Of a stretch of DNA of 56,944 nt, positions 35,990 through 49,410 are shown one piece after another (positions within the stretch are counted from its first letter, which is position 1; each line of letters begins with the position of its first letter). This stretch comes from Phoronis australis (Eukaryota > Animalia > Phoronida). The notes under the pieces were generated by a model, which worked only from the letters and a program-made list of their open reading frames with translations, was not told the DNA's origin and did not search any database. Location of the stretch: NCBI GenBank assembly GCA_002633005.1, contig NMRA01000834.1, positions 71,436 to 128,379 on the forward strand, given 5' to 3'. Made by a program: the position numbers and the translations under genes.

Positions 35990-37550
35990 CAGCCTCCCAT
36001 ACAGGATTGCCACAAACTCCCACGGAACCCAGTGGAGGCCCTCTCTGACCCATACGGTACAACCCCAATCCAAAGTGCCTGGGAATCACCTACAATGGTC
36101 AACTGACATTCGTCTTACACGCTGCGACGGTTAGCGGGAAGTTGAGGAGGTGGGCAGGTGCACTGAAGAGCTTGGCGTCCACATACTGGGGGGGGGAGTA
36201 TGACAATGACGCACTAAGAGCAACTTACATTGCCACGTGTAGATCAGTAGTTGAATATGCTGCCGCTGCGTGGTTGCACTAGGCCTCACAATCAACCATA
36301 GACACTTTGGAGATAAGTCAGATATTTGCAGGCTGTGCAATCACGGGCCAGATTAAAACGACCCCAGGTGAAGCTATTCTTGCGGAAACGAATCTGCCGA
36401 CCATTTGACCTGATTCGTCCAACTTAGCACAATCGCCAGGTAAACGAGACCCCAAGGTATCAGACCGCAGACAAGACTATGCAGCAGTGGACGAAAAACA
36501 AAACAAGCTGTAGAGAAATAGCCAGCAAAGTATGAAAATTGATTTTCAACACCAAACAACCGCCGCGAAGACCAGATTCTATTCGCTCATGGCTAGAAAT
36601 AGGTGACCATCGTTTCCAGACGATGGGCAGCAAAACGGGCGATGTGGCATCGCCCGGCTGGAGGAGCAATGGAGCGACTATGACCTGGTCCTCTACACAG
36701 ACGGATCAGCAACAGACGGTAACATAATAGGCGGTGGTGAAATCGTTGTCACTACAGGCCATCGATCCAAGCGACCCTCGGGACTCGGGTCCACCGTTCT
36801 TTCGCCATACCAACCGACAAGTGATGCTCCTCGTTCCTGGTGGAGATGAAGGCCATCAACAGTGCTCTGAAGGTTATCCCTGAAAAAGAATTAGCAAGTA
36901 CTGTCAGAATAGTGGATGATAGCCAGTCGGTGCTGCAACTCCTGCACACTATCCACCCAACAAAGACGACGAACGCCTTATTATGCTGACCCTTGCGGAA
37001 CTGCATGAAAGAGGCTTCACCTTCACTTGGTGTACCATCCAGGATCATTGGGAATGAGCTGGCCGACAAAACGGCAAAAGAGGGTACAAACCAGAACAAG
37101 AAGCTGTAGAGCACTATTACGATTCCGGAAAAAACAGCAATCCTGAGAGCGATAAGAGGCGTACCGGCGTTTCAGAGAGAACACAACGAGTGTACGATAC
37201 CCGAAGCGTCAAGATCGACGGCATCGCAGAGAAGACGTTGAACCAGAGGGATCAGGTCACTCTCAGTAGACTGCGCAGCGGTCATCACATGGAGTTGAAG
37301 TATTGGCTTGCCAAGCTAGGTCGACCGGAGGACACGGTGTGCAGAAAAAGCGGTCTGGTTGACGAAACAGCCGAACATATTATATATGGCTGTCTGAGGA
37401 CGCACTGCCCTCCCGCAATTACCCCCAACCCCTCCTGACACCCTTGCCGAAGATCCGCACCTCACTTTTAAACCATGGGAGAAATGGACTTCTCCTGGCT
37501 AGGAACTAGCACCCCCAAATATCTCGTTGCTCAACAACAACAAAAACAGC
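35990..37550 (+). mobile_element. 5'-truncated Ingi/I-group LINE (RT C-terminus, RNase H, CCHC) with CAA-repeat tail
   Basis: PKCLGITYNGQLTF..; RSVVEYAAAAW..TGQIKTTP; LYTDGSAT..EMKAI..DDSQS..GNELADKTAK; LSRLRSGH..VCRK..DETAEHIIYGC; tail CAACAACAAC at ~37532. Confidence 0.85.
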
Positions 37551-38463
37551 ATTACTCGAAATCACCATTATACTGACAATCATCATGACTCCCCAGCAAA
37601 GATGAGAACACGTTTGTTCTCGGCTGCAGAACCTCCTTGTTGGAAATCCAATTTCCGAGCTCGAAATTTAACACCGCAACAATTTCGTATCTGTCTATTT
37701 TAGTATGAAGCCAAGCTGTGTTTGTTATTTCTTGCACACATACAGCATATTGAAGTCATGTAGATACTCCAAAAATGTTGACAAATTCGTTGTCTGGAGC
37801 TTGAACTCGAGCTCATAGCTTGAAGGACGGCGACATTGGATTGATACATTTCTGCTGAATTCATAATTTTCTCAAGTACACGATGGAAGACACTTAGATG
37901 CAGATTACAATGATTTGAAAACAGAAAATATTTAATTTAGTTAGCGTTCAGACTTTGACCTTGTCTTACATTTCCGCAAACAATCAGGATTCAAGAGGAC
38001 TAAGCCATGTCATCGGCTATCGTCTCTGATAGTGTTTGTTAATACTGCAGGATTCCTGTCGGTGATGACTTTTTCCGCATGAGTAAGTCCATACTGATTC
38101 GTTTTTAAACACAGACTCGTAGGTTCAGTTTTGTCTCGTCCTAGTCGTCCTTCGAATTTGAGGTTACCTTGAGACGTTGTCTAGTTCTTCCACTAAAAGA
38201 AAACAACAAATCAATCCACATGAAGCACCAACTATCCAAAATAAGCTACGAATAGGGATACTTCAAGGAAAAAAAGTGGGCAATGCGGTTATGTTTATGA
38301 TTAGCCTTCCAATAGTGTTTTTGAGGAATGACGTTGTGTGGTAGCAACACTGTAGTCGTTTACATCCCAAATCAGCAACGCGTGTTACAGACGACAACCC
38401 ATATTAATGTTATTCCTTGAAATCACAATAGGTCCCATTTCTCGTTCTGATCATCTACTCTAG

Positions 38464-38608
38464 GGTACAAAGTATTTCATCATGTTTCAGCCAAGTGAAG
38501 AATGTGAAGACAATATTTGGCTGCCGCCTTCTCCGAAACGTCCTCGTTTATTTGAAAGTTCATCAGAACAGACTGTCTCAGATTGTTCTCAGGAATCAAC
38601 AAGTTTGC
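38464..38608 (+). CDS. IRF: Putative IRF coding exon 5
   Basis: Pyrimidine-rich acceptor ...CTACTCTAG (alternative in-frame acceptor at 38490). Open phase 0-1: GTKYFIMFQPSEECEDNIWLPPSPKRPRLFESSSEQTVSDCSQESTSL. Donor C|GTACGT. Confidence 0.55.
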
Positions 38609-39401
38609 GTACGTTGAGTAGTTAAGTATGACGCTGGAGCTTACATATTTCTCACCAACCGATTCTTCCGTGCGCCACTACTTCCCGTTGACCAGTTATT
38701 GATACTTGTGATTGAAATTAAACCAACTTTGGACCTCGCAATTAGCAATGTTTCTGTGCATCGCCTAAATGAAACCTATCCTACATTTTCCGTTCTATGA
38801 CGTGATTCTCAGCGTTTCATACGCTACGAAAAGTTACAACCATATAAAAAGTATTATAACATCCGTGCTTCTTATCTACTAAGCTGTTTTTAACTTGCTA
38901 CCTCCTGTCCATTATGAAGTAAGTCAATACTGCATGTTTTATGTCGGTACATCGTATCTGAAGTTAGAATAGGAATAACAAAAAAAGTGTTGTCAAATTT
39001 TATGACAATCAGTGTGGTTTTAGGTTATGAGTAACCCTACATAAATGCCCGCTCGGATGCAAATCAAACTTTCGGATTTGTGTTTTAAATAATGAGTCGA
39101 AAAATTGGGCTGAGGCTTGGTCATGCGCTACTTGATATCAACTTTGTCTGTAGGAGCTATACAAGGGCTACGCTAAAAGGACACTTCGATGCGGCTCAAA
39201 ATAGAAATCGCGAAATCGATCGATTATCTCTGACAAAGTGATTTTTGATGATAGAACTTGAGAGATTGCCGGGGTCATTATGAAGTGCCTCAGTCTTTAA
39301 ATGTTGGGTCAACAACATCAATTAAAATTGATCACATGTTGATACTTTTTGCTTGCCAATGGTATTCTAGATGAAAGTCACGGGATTGAAACATGTTTCG
39401 T

Positions 39402-41010
39402 GTTTATTTTATTTTCATTTTATTTTTATTTTTATTTCTTATTTACCGTTTATTCTTTAAACATAACATTACAAATAGTTAACAATAATGTTGCAGCAAT
39501 GACATATACATGTAAATGTAACATTACAAAAATGTTAACGATATTGTTGAGGTACTTAACTTTATAGGGTACACATACACACGTCAGTCACCTAGTGCAT
39601 TCACCACTTAACGTAATTTTAAGTTAGCAATATGCATGTTTGGATAACTTAGTCAGCAAAGATAGACTCCTACCGTTGCCAGAATTCCTGTAGTTCATTT
39701 GGATTTTTTGCTTTAGAATATACTTCTCAGCGGTAAAATTTCTTTTCAAATAATTAGCAAAACATTTAAAGTTAAGACATACTTTTTAATTTCTGAAGTG
39801 TAGTATTTCGCGTCCAATAGAAATCAGTACTTTGTTTTCTTTTTTGAACGGAGCTCCAAAAAGTATTGCCTTTTCCCAGAGACCTTGCTGATAACAGGCT
39901 CTCAATGTCGCGCCAAAAAGAGCGGGTGACGCAACAGTCTACAAATAAGTGTCCAATTGTCTTACATTCGTTCTTACAAGAAAGCACAAGAATCAGAATC
40001 ATCATAATTTATCTAGATAACCAAAGGTTTGTTGCAAGGATCCTATGCAGCACTCTATATTTAAACTGGCATATTTTCGCATCGTTTACACTTAAAAGAG
40101 GGATTTTATAAAACTTCCCCCACATACAAGGGTCGAAAATACATCCTGCATCCCCAAACTTCTTCTGAGCAGTACGCTTCTGAGAATTCTTATTTAATAC
40201 ATCAATACGTTTTTATCCACGTTGATCAACAAGTAGGGTTGCCAATGAAAATGGAATAATTGGTCCGACTACTTTTTCAATTTGTAGTTCGGATTAGTTT
40301 TTTTAAGAAAAGCTTTTACTGAACTGACCAAGAAAGGTATCACAAAAAATTAGCTTTTACGTTTCTTCTGCAAAACTGATCATATGAAAGGTATGCTACG
40401 TTACTATAAAAAATGTCATTCAAATAAAAAATATTTTTCTTTTAAAAGGATTCCACGTAAAAAGTTTGCTCACCTACTAGAATTTAACTTTTGTTTTAAA
40501 TATTTACAGAAATAATATTACATTTGTACTTGTCCTCATCAACGTACTGTTGCCTAATCAAAGATGCCCAATGTCATAAACATTCACGCCAAAATTTGCT
40601 ATTAACATTCAATTTGTCCGTAAGGAAAAATTCTCCGTGTTTTAAAGTTTCATTCTTTGCGATACCGATCTCAACCTGAACAGTTAGTGTCCTTTGGATT
40701 GAGAAGTAAGAAATATCCTTATCATTAAAATGTTTCGGTCTAGCATTTAACACCCCCTTCGATGTTTTTTGTCAATATAGATCTCTTAATCTTGTCTCGT
40801 TTGTTATTCCAAATAAATTGAAAAACTAACCGCTTACTAAATTTAAAAACGTTGGAGATGGACTAGGTAACGACGATAATAAATGGTTAATTTTGGAATA
40901 GAAATAAATGCTTTTTGTAACCGTCACTTCACCAGTGAGTATTCTTTTAGACCGTGTGTTCAGCTTTTGTTAATTTCCTAGAGTTTTAAATCAAAATCAT
41001 TTAACATGTT
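39402..41010 (-). mobile_element. 5'-truncated Tx1/L1-clade LINE
   Basis: Minus strand: FIWNNKRDKIKR; FKYRVLHRILATN; TIGHLFVDCCVTRSFW. A-rich tail seen as TTTTATTTTTA at 39402-39445. Confidence 0.75.
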
Positions 41011-41449
41011 GTACATGCTTATACACACATAATGTCGGCGTTTCAAAAAAACTGTCTTTTGGTTCTTACTAAAATGTTTTGTAAAAAGACACATGCATCT
41101 CTAAATTCGGAGATTAAGTTTTTTTACGTAAAGGCAAACACATTTTCCTAAATGCATACTTTTAAATAGTGTTTAAAACACTTGTCGTTTTGTGTGTTGC
41201 AGAAACACTTCGTTACTTGTTCTGATATTTAATTTGATGAACACGTATTTAAAACTGTATTTCTGATTGTCCAGATATTCGAGAAAAAAAAAACAAAACA
41301 TAGACAGCTTACTGGAAGCCGTGCCAAAATTTAACGGGTTAGGTTCAATTGCACCGATAACGTTTTAGTAAGAATTATATTAACGTCTTGTTTGATTGGC
41401 TTTACGTGAAATGGAAATGCAGGCTTACACTTTGTTCCTGTATTTGCAG

Positions 41450-41586
41450 ATGGTGAATATTACGTTGCCTTCAACAAGAGTGCTTGCTACCACACACTAA
41501 AAACGTTGGCAGACGATGAAATCCTTCTGTTTCCGGTGGAGAAAATGGCGGAACCTGTTACCGTGTACGCCGGAACACCAATGTAA
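41450..41586 (+). CDS. IRF: Putative IRF terminal coding exon
   Basis: Strong acceptor TTTGTTCCTGTATTTGCAG. Phase 1: (H)GEYYVAFNKSACYHTLKTLADDEILLFPVEKMAEPVTVYAGTPM*. Six exons sum to 870 nt (289 aa plus stop). Confidence 0.55.
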
Positions 41587-42044
41587 TTTAATGAAACTCA
41601 AGAAAAACATATAATAGTATCATCAAACTCATGAATTGTTTTTATTTCTCATATTTAACTTATACTAGAACTAACTCCATGTACATGACCCTTTTCTCAA
41701 TGTAATCCTATGTCTCAACACAACTAGATGTTTTAGATAAGCGGCTTCATAACTTTCGTGCTTCAAAGGGAGACTGTGTGCGCTTTCGAATGCTAAAAAT
41801 GCAATTTAAAGAATTGAAACGACTAATGAAGTTCTGCTGCCTAGTAGAGATCATTTAAAATGAAAAAAGAAAATCTTACAAAATTGAGGTTTGCCTGGAC
41901 AGTCTGCAGGAGACTCCATGATTTGGTACAATCTCTTCGGCTGATAGTGTACTGCATTGCAGAATACTTAAAATCACAGGGTTTCCCTCTAATGGGACAC
42001 CAAGTGATAACATGTGGTAAGTCGGTGGAGAATCAGGACAACAA

Positions 42045-42400
42045 CAAATGGATGGTTGTATTACCTTACACCAAGGGTATAACGCAAAAATTGGTGAGCA
42101 TTTAGAAGAAACACTACACCTCTATGCCACTGAAACCTAAAGTGATTCTCAAGAATTGTTCCCATGAAAGAATAAAAAATGTGATCCTGTGCGTGACACC
42201 GTGGTAAGACCTATCTTGGACAAATTGGGAGGCAACTGAACACACTGAATCATTTATTTGTGTGACAGCTGGGGAATTGTGCAGATCATGGGTTGTGTAA
42301 GTGACGATAAAAAGAATAATATCTGATGGATAAGCAATGTTATGAACATCAAGGGTGGCAGCGAGAAACATCAATGTGTATGATCTACTGAAATTTCTGG
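42045..42400 (+). pseudogene. Decayed Penelope GIY-YIG remnant
   Basis: VVLPYTKGITQKL...; GKTYLGQIGRQLNT. Confidence 0.55.
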
Positions 42401-43560
42401 CTCTTTTAACAAGCTTAGACCCATACCGATCGCTCACTTTGAAATATTCCGATTGATGCCCTGCATGGTGTGCGTAAATTTATCAAGTTACGAGGGTACG
42501 CTGTGCGTATGCGTGTGTTGCGTGTGATTTATGTATGGAGCAGATTATGGGGCTAGTACATGTAACAGAATTGGATTCTTTTATCAACTCCTGAATTTTC
42601 TTATCACGTGTGGTATTTTTGTTGTACTTTGGTTTGACTCTTTCATTTATCAGGGCGTGTTGAGTAAGTAATTGCTGAACACAGGGTACAAAAATTACTT
42701 GCCGTGGTTTTTGACTCCACCTGTATTGTACAGTTCAAATGCTCGGAATTTGCTTGCATGATTTTTATCTTGCAATTTAGAAGCTGTTTGTTTTGTGTAC
42801 ACCCTCGCAGTGCATTACTTTGTAGCTCTCTAATTTAGTTAGCGTCTGTAATATTTTGTTCACTGTCATTTTGAATACAAATAAAATTTCCGTGGAGGAT
42901 CTAGTTAGCACGCGGCATCTTCAATATCCTGAGAACTTTGGCCTGTTTGGTGAAAACTGACTAGGTCTAAGCTTACACTTCGTTGTTACTGAAAAAGTTG
43001 CAACTAAATTGTTAAGACGATAGTTTACATTACTATTTCCCAAGAATCCGCCTAATTCCAGACAAGTACTTCAATTTATCTAGTTACCAAATTTGTATGA
43101 ATTCTTAGCTGAACTAACAGTACATTTCTGGAAGAGCCTAAGACTAATTCTAATGAACATCTTTTGTGTAACAGACATTAGACGTTTATGATAGTCATAA
43201 TTAAGGCCAACATAATATACTCTTCGATGTTTATTTTTATGTCACCATATACATGTATGCATACTGCGGTCATTCTCGTCTTTTGTGATTGTCCGTCCGT
43301 TGCAGCATCTGTTCGCTCTCTTGAAGGTGAATTTCCACTCGATAACAGCAAGGTCAGTTTTTTTACCTGACACCAGACGGCACACAGATGTGCTGAAATT
43401 AACAAAATTGCGTCGCAGGTTCTAACACAGTCTGCACAAGATGGTTACTGGTGTCAATTTTTCGCTTGAATTCATCGTTTTACACCACTAAATTATAAAA
43501 ACCTTACAAATACACAGAGTTTTTAAATAAATGAGCTGTTTTATATCCCTGTCAGGGATT

Positions 43561-45175
43561 TGTTGAAATTTTGAACGTACCGTAGCCTACAAAGTTTCGG
43601 CGGTAAGCGAACTAACTTAGGTCGGTTGCGGGAAGTTTGGAGTCTGTTCGGTGATAAATCAGAAGTATTCCTCCGTGAATTACAAACAGGAGAGCATAGC
43701 CGTGTGTTGTAATTTTGGACTTTGGAATTGTTTCAGTTTTTTAAAAACACAAAACGCTCGTTACAACCTAGTGACTAGCAAATCGATCTGGAGACATTAC
43801 GATCATATACTCTCGGGTTATTCGGCTGTGAAAGTTGAAAACAAAATTTCCAGTCACGAAACGACTAGACTAGTGAACCGAAGAAATACTGTGCACGTGA
43901 ACAGTTTAGTGAATTTAAACGTGAAATTGCAAATCTACTTACCCGCCGCCGGAGGCCGCGAAGCCAGGTTCCCTTCCATGACAGAACCGCGGAGGGAAGA
44001 GATGAAAAGATGAGCAATAACAATTGTGGGGATTACACGGAAAAATGCGGTTTGGCTGTGTACGAGGTGGTTCGTATAAGCAAGAAACACAAGAGATGAA
44101 TCTTGACTAGTATATTGAAGACTGTCAACGAATGATGAGAACAACTCTCAATACGGAGAACAAACTACTAATCAACTCATACTACTGAAGCTACTGATAC
44201 TACTTAAAATATAGTGAAAGTGATACATATATATAGAGACCTGAGAAACACGAATTAACCAATGAAATCAATGAACAATTAAAGGATGCAATATGCTGAT
44301 AAATAAACAGTCCCGGGAAAGGAAGTATTACTCATCTTCTGCATGCGGAGAAAGTGGTAGTAAACAACAAAAGTAAGTGATGTAATACGGTGACTAAACT
44401 ACACAAGTAATGAACCAAAAACACAATAACACATTCTGCGACATCCACCCCCCACGCAATAGTTGAGGAATTAAAAAACAACTAGTACTCAAAGACATGT
44501 ACAATGAACAATGCTAGAACTAAAACGAGAAATATGGTAGAATAAGAAATTGGTACTATAAACATGTGAAAAAGGAGCACGTATGACAAAAAAATAAATA
44601 ATGTGGTCGAATCAATCAGATGTCCAACTTCGTATAATGTGACGAGCTTGAAGAGCTGCCCGCCTTTGTGGTCGTGGAGGATGCGATGGTAAAGCCGAAT
44701 TAGATGGGGTATTTGTAGTGTTGGTAGGTGCCCGATTCGGAACGGAGTCTACACTCGTTTCGAGCGGGTAGAGCTTAGTCACGGGACGGTTGGTTCTGCC
44801 AGACTGAGAAAGAATGTCGGCAGAGCGAATGAATCCATCATGCCCGTAATTGAGTCGCTCCACTCTAGTCATTTTCCATAGAACACGTGGTTTGTCGTCG
44901 TGAACCAAAACAATGTCGCCGATGTTGATGGGTAAAGTATGGTTACGTCGGGTACGAGTTGTTGTCTTTCACGAAGTGCAGTTAAATATTCGTGTTGCCA
45001 ACGACGAAAGAAATGACTGATTAGAGCAGATCGCCTTGTATACTGCAATTGTACAGTAATCGCGTCAAAACTGGGGTCAATGAGTTCGTCATTTTGAACG
45101 TCGCGGAAGGGAAAGCCTGAGAGTCTACGTCCGTATAATATGTGACATGGAGATAGCGGTTCAGGTTCATTCAGG
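43561..45175 (-). mobile_element. BEL/Pao LTR retrotransposon 3' end: integrase C-terminus, PPT and 3' LTR (43561-44443)
   Basis: PLSPCHILYGR..FFRRWQHEYLTALRER..VGDIVLVHDDKPRVLWK..GHDGFIRSADI..RPVTKLYPLE. Purine-rich tract then TGTCGCAG on minus at 44443. LTR ends ...TTCAACA at 43561. Confidence 0.88.
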
Positions 45176-48100
45176 TCAATTAGTGGAAAGGTCATCAAAA
45201 TATTAATATGTAATTTCTCCTACAATTTTAAAGAATTCCTTTTCATAATGGTAAACAGGTTGCTGTCAGTAACTTCCCATAATAATTCCAGTAATACGCA
45301 CGCGCAGAGTCCGTTATTGTCACGCCGTGACAATAATCTTTCTAGTTCTTATTCTTCTTATTCTTATTCTTATTCTTTTCCGACCAACTTTGAGGCTTAA
45401 TAACTCCAACTTGGGTGCAGGACGGTCTTTAAATTGAGCATATGACTTTTGACATTATGTAAATTTTGATTGGTTATATAATCATATTCCATATTCACCG
45501 GAATGGGTCGTTTGGTGCAAAGGTTAGATAATTTTCAAAATAATACTCCTCCTTCAATTTTAAAGCTATCTTTTTCAAATTCGGTGCACAGGTATACGTC
45601 AGAATGAAAATTTTAAAAAATACTTTTCTAAGTAATCGGGTCATCCAATCAGGTGAAATGGTCAAATATTATTAGCTGCAAACTAAAATTTTGAAATAAA
45701 CACTTCAAATTCACATTTCTGATTGGCACAGGTAATTCAATTCGGAATCCAAAGTTTCTCGTCATTTAGTGCAAACATGTGGTAATTAGGTGATTTTTTT
45801 TCTAAAAATTTGACCTTTTCAATCAATAAGTATTCTGATGTGTCAACCGTTAGACAACTGTGATTCTCAGCCTGAAACATATTTTTCATGGGCTTTGCAA
45901 TGATTCTCCTAAAGACGCTTATAATGCACCAGATATGGCCAATTAGCGCAAAGGTCATGTAACGTTCAAAATGTTGTACCTCTTACGTTTTACAAGGAAT
46001 TCTTTTCAATTTCAGCACACTGGTGTAAGTCAACAAGCCAATTGAATACCCTACTTTTCTTTGCAATAGGCCTAACCAATTAGAAAAAAATAGGTCAAAG
46101 GTCATTGAGTGCAAACTAAAATTTTGAGCTATAGACTTCAAAATTACATATCTGTTTACTATGTGCGATTGCGTTTAAATTCTAAATTTTCAGGTAATTT
46201 GTTGCACCCATGGGGTCTTGAGGTGCATTTTTCTTCTGAAAGTTGGACCAATTCATTCATCTTGTATTCTAAAGTGCTTAAAGTAAAACATCTGTGGTTT
46301 TTAGCATTAACCACACTTTTAATCGAGTTCACAATTATTCCCTCATCGGGGCTCATAATGCACCGGAAGAGGTCAATTAGTGAAAAGGTCATCAAAATAT
46401 TAATATCTAATTTCTCCTACAATTTTAAAGAATTCCTTTCCATATTGGTAAACGGGTTGCTGTCAGTAACTTCCCAGAATAATTCCAGTAATATGCACGC
46501 GCAGAGTCCATTATTGTCACGCCGTGACAATAGTCTTTCCAGTTCTTATTGATCTGCGCGTTCAAGCGCAGAGTTTTAGTGTTCTACGTATTTTATCTTC
46601 TTATCCTTATTCTTCTTATTCTTCTTCCTTCCTTTTCATATTGTTATTACTCTTACATTCATCCAGTTAGAACAATAATACTCACTGTGATTGATACGGT
46701 AGTTAAGGGAATTATATTAATTTTATTTTTTACCCAAAATGCACTAGGATGACCTGAAACGGGTCAAGGAGTGCATTTTGTCAAAATGCTTACAGTTTTT
46801 TAGATAGACTCTTCAAAATATTTTAATAAGTAGGCACTAGAGATCTGCATCAGAAATTTGCTTGGATTTTCAATCTGATCAAGGGAACCTAGTTTCCGGG
46901 TCAAAGGTCATTAGGTGCAAAAGTGATTTTTGATCTAGACCTTTCATAATCATGCATATGGTTACCATTCATAAAGGAAGTTCAGTTACAAACTTTGGGT
47001 TCACTAGGTACAAATTTGGGGTCATTAAGTGCAGTTTTCTGTTAAATTTAATACATATTCAATCAGCTTGTACTTAAATGATGCATTAGGGAGAGCATTT
47101 ATATTCATGGTGGTTAAACCAATTCCCGATCAAATTCTATTGATCACTTTGATTTGACTCAAAATGCACCGGATTGACCCGAAATGGGTCAAGGAGTACA
47201 TTCCATCAAAATGCATCTTCCCCTACAGGTTTTTAGATATGCTCTCCGAATTTTGATAACAAGCAGGCACTACAGATCTGCATCCGAACTTTTCGTGGCA
47301 ATTACATTGGATCAAGGGTACCGAGTTTCCGGGTCAAAGGTCATTAAGTGCAAAAGTGCTTTTGGAGCTGGATCTTACATAATCACGTATATAGTTTTCA
47401 TTGGTAAAGAAAATTAGGTCACAGACTTTAGGGTCTTTAGGTGCAACTGTGTGGTCATTAGGTGCAGTTTTCCGTTGATATTCTTACTCTTCACTCTTGC
47501 TCTTTCATAGTTACGAAGGGCATCTCTCTCTCACACAAAGGATGCAACTTCTATGCAATGTAATGCCCCTTTGCTTCACTATGCACATGCATACAGCACG
47601 CGCAGAGTTGTAAGTGCGCAACCGCAATTGCGTTCTAATTCTTATTCTTCTTCCGACCAACTTTGAGGCTTTGTAACTCCAAATTGGGTGCAGCTACGTT
47701 CTTTAAATTCAGCATATCATTTTTGACAGTTCATAAATTTTGATTCGTTATATAGTCATATTCCATATTGCACCGGAAGAGGTCATTTGGTGCAAAGGTC
47801 ATATAATTTTCAAAATGGTACTCCTTCTGTATTTTCAAAGCTATGCTTTTCAAATTCGGTACACTGGTATAAGTCAATAAGGCAATTCAAAACAATACTT
47901 AACTAAGTAATCGGGTCATCCAATCAGGTTAAACAGGTCAAGGTCAAAGGTCATTAGGTGCAAACTAAGATTTTGAGCTAGACACTTTAAATTCATAGTT
48001 TTGATTGGCACAGGTAATTCAATTCGGAATCCAAAGTTTCAGGTCATTTAGTACAAACATGGGGTCATCAGGTGCATTTTTCTTCTGAAAATTTGACCTT

Positions 48101-48795
48101 TTCATTCACCAAGTATTCTGATGTGTCAACTGTGTCACAGCATTAAACATATTTTTCATGGGCTTTGCAATAATTCTCCTTAAGACGCTTGTAATGCACC
48201 GGATAGGGTCAGTTAGTGCAAAGGTCATCTAACGTTCAAAATGTTATATCCCCTATATTTTTCAAGGAATTCTTTTCAAGTTCAGCACACTGGTGTAAGT
48301 CATCATGCCAATCGAACGCCCTACTTTACTATGCAATAGGTCTAACCAATCAGAAAAATAAGTCGAATGTCATTGCGTGCAAATTAAAATTTTAAACTAG
48401 AGACTTCAGAATTACATATATGCTTAGTAAATGTGATTGAGTTTTATTTCTAAATTATCAGGTCATTTGGTGCACCCATGGGGTCATTAGATGCATTTTG
48501 CTTCTGAAAGTTTGACCAATTCATTCATGTTTTATTCTAATGTGCTTAAGGTAAAACATCTGTGATTCTTAGCATTAACCACACTTTTAATCGAGTTTAC
48601 AAGTATTCCCTCATCCGGGCTCATAATGCACCGAAAGAGGTCAATTAGTGGAAAGGTCATTAAAATATTAACATCTTATTTTTCCTACAATTTTAAAGAA
48701 TTCCTTTTCAAATTGGTTAACGGGTTACTGTCAGTAACTTCCCATAACAATTCGTTTAATACACACGCGCAGAGTCCATTTATTGTCACGCCTAG
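45172..48795 (+). mobile_element. Tandem/nested cluster of non-autonomous Helentron-type (HINE-like) elements, two families
   Basis: Units ~45172-45345 (partial), 45345-46545, 46546-47640, 47640-48795. Head TCTGCGCGTTCAAGCGCAGA at ~46553. TTCTTA microsatellites. 3' ACGCGCAGAG followed by a hairpin (e.g. TTATTGTCACGCCGTGACAATAA) and CTAGTT/CTAATT. Internal AAAGGTCA..GTGCA repeats. Confidence 0.75.
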
Positions 48796-48811
48796 TTCAC
48801 AGTTGGTATGC

Positions 48812-49410
48812 CTTGCAATTTCTTCATGGGTATTTCTTCACACATATTCAAGTCAGATTTTCTGTTGATGAAATGTTCATGCACTGCATTGTAATATCAA
48901 ATGAATGGTAAGTTTGGTGGCATGACCACGGTTTTTTCCCACGACTTAAAACAAAAAAGCACACAAATTTTCCTGACGAAATACCGGCCGGTGTTTGCAA
49001 TTCTCTGAAAACATTTGAATGACCATGCGCGCACCCAGGGGGGGCTCAAACAAGCCCCACCCCCATTTGGCGAAGTGGGCAAAAAGGTCCGCCTCTGAGA
49101 ACCAAAAAGTCCAAGAAAATGAGACAAAAGTCACATGGATAAAGAACCTTGCGTACATCAGACCGTTACCGATAAATGCTCCTCATTATCTTTAATATCA
49201 CAACGGGAACAATGAAGATGCTAATCTATTGTTCTCTATGCGACCAGATTTGCCTTGGATGACCATAGACGAGGAATCCCAATGTAACCACAAACAATGA
49301 CCACGCACCTCTGTAAGTATTACCGCGCGCACAAATAATTTCCGTGGAACCTGAACACCAAACCTTTAAGTGAAGAGTAAAAATCAAATTATGCACTGGG
49401 TTTTTAAACG
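48812..49410 (+). repeat. Dispersed repeat paralogous to 56211-56944
   Basis: Shared CATGGGTATTTCTTCACACATATTCAAGTCAGATTTTCTGTTGAT ... GAAGAGTAAAAATCAAATT. This copy carries a partial MITE at 49025-49130 in place of ~100 bp. Confidence 0.85.

Noticed and set aside
38051-38082. Candidate 32-bp exon (CAG...GTAAGT)
   Set aside because: Open only as phase 2-1, which is incompatible with the neighbouring predicted exons. Could be alternative or cryptic.
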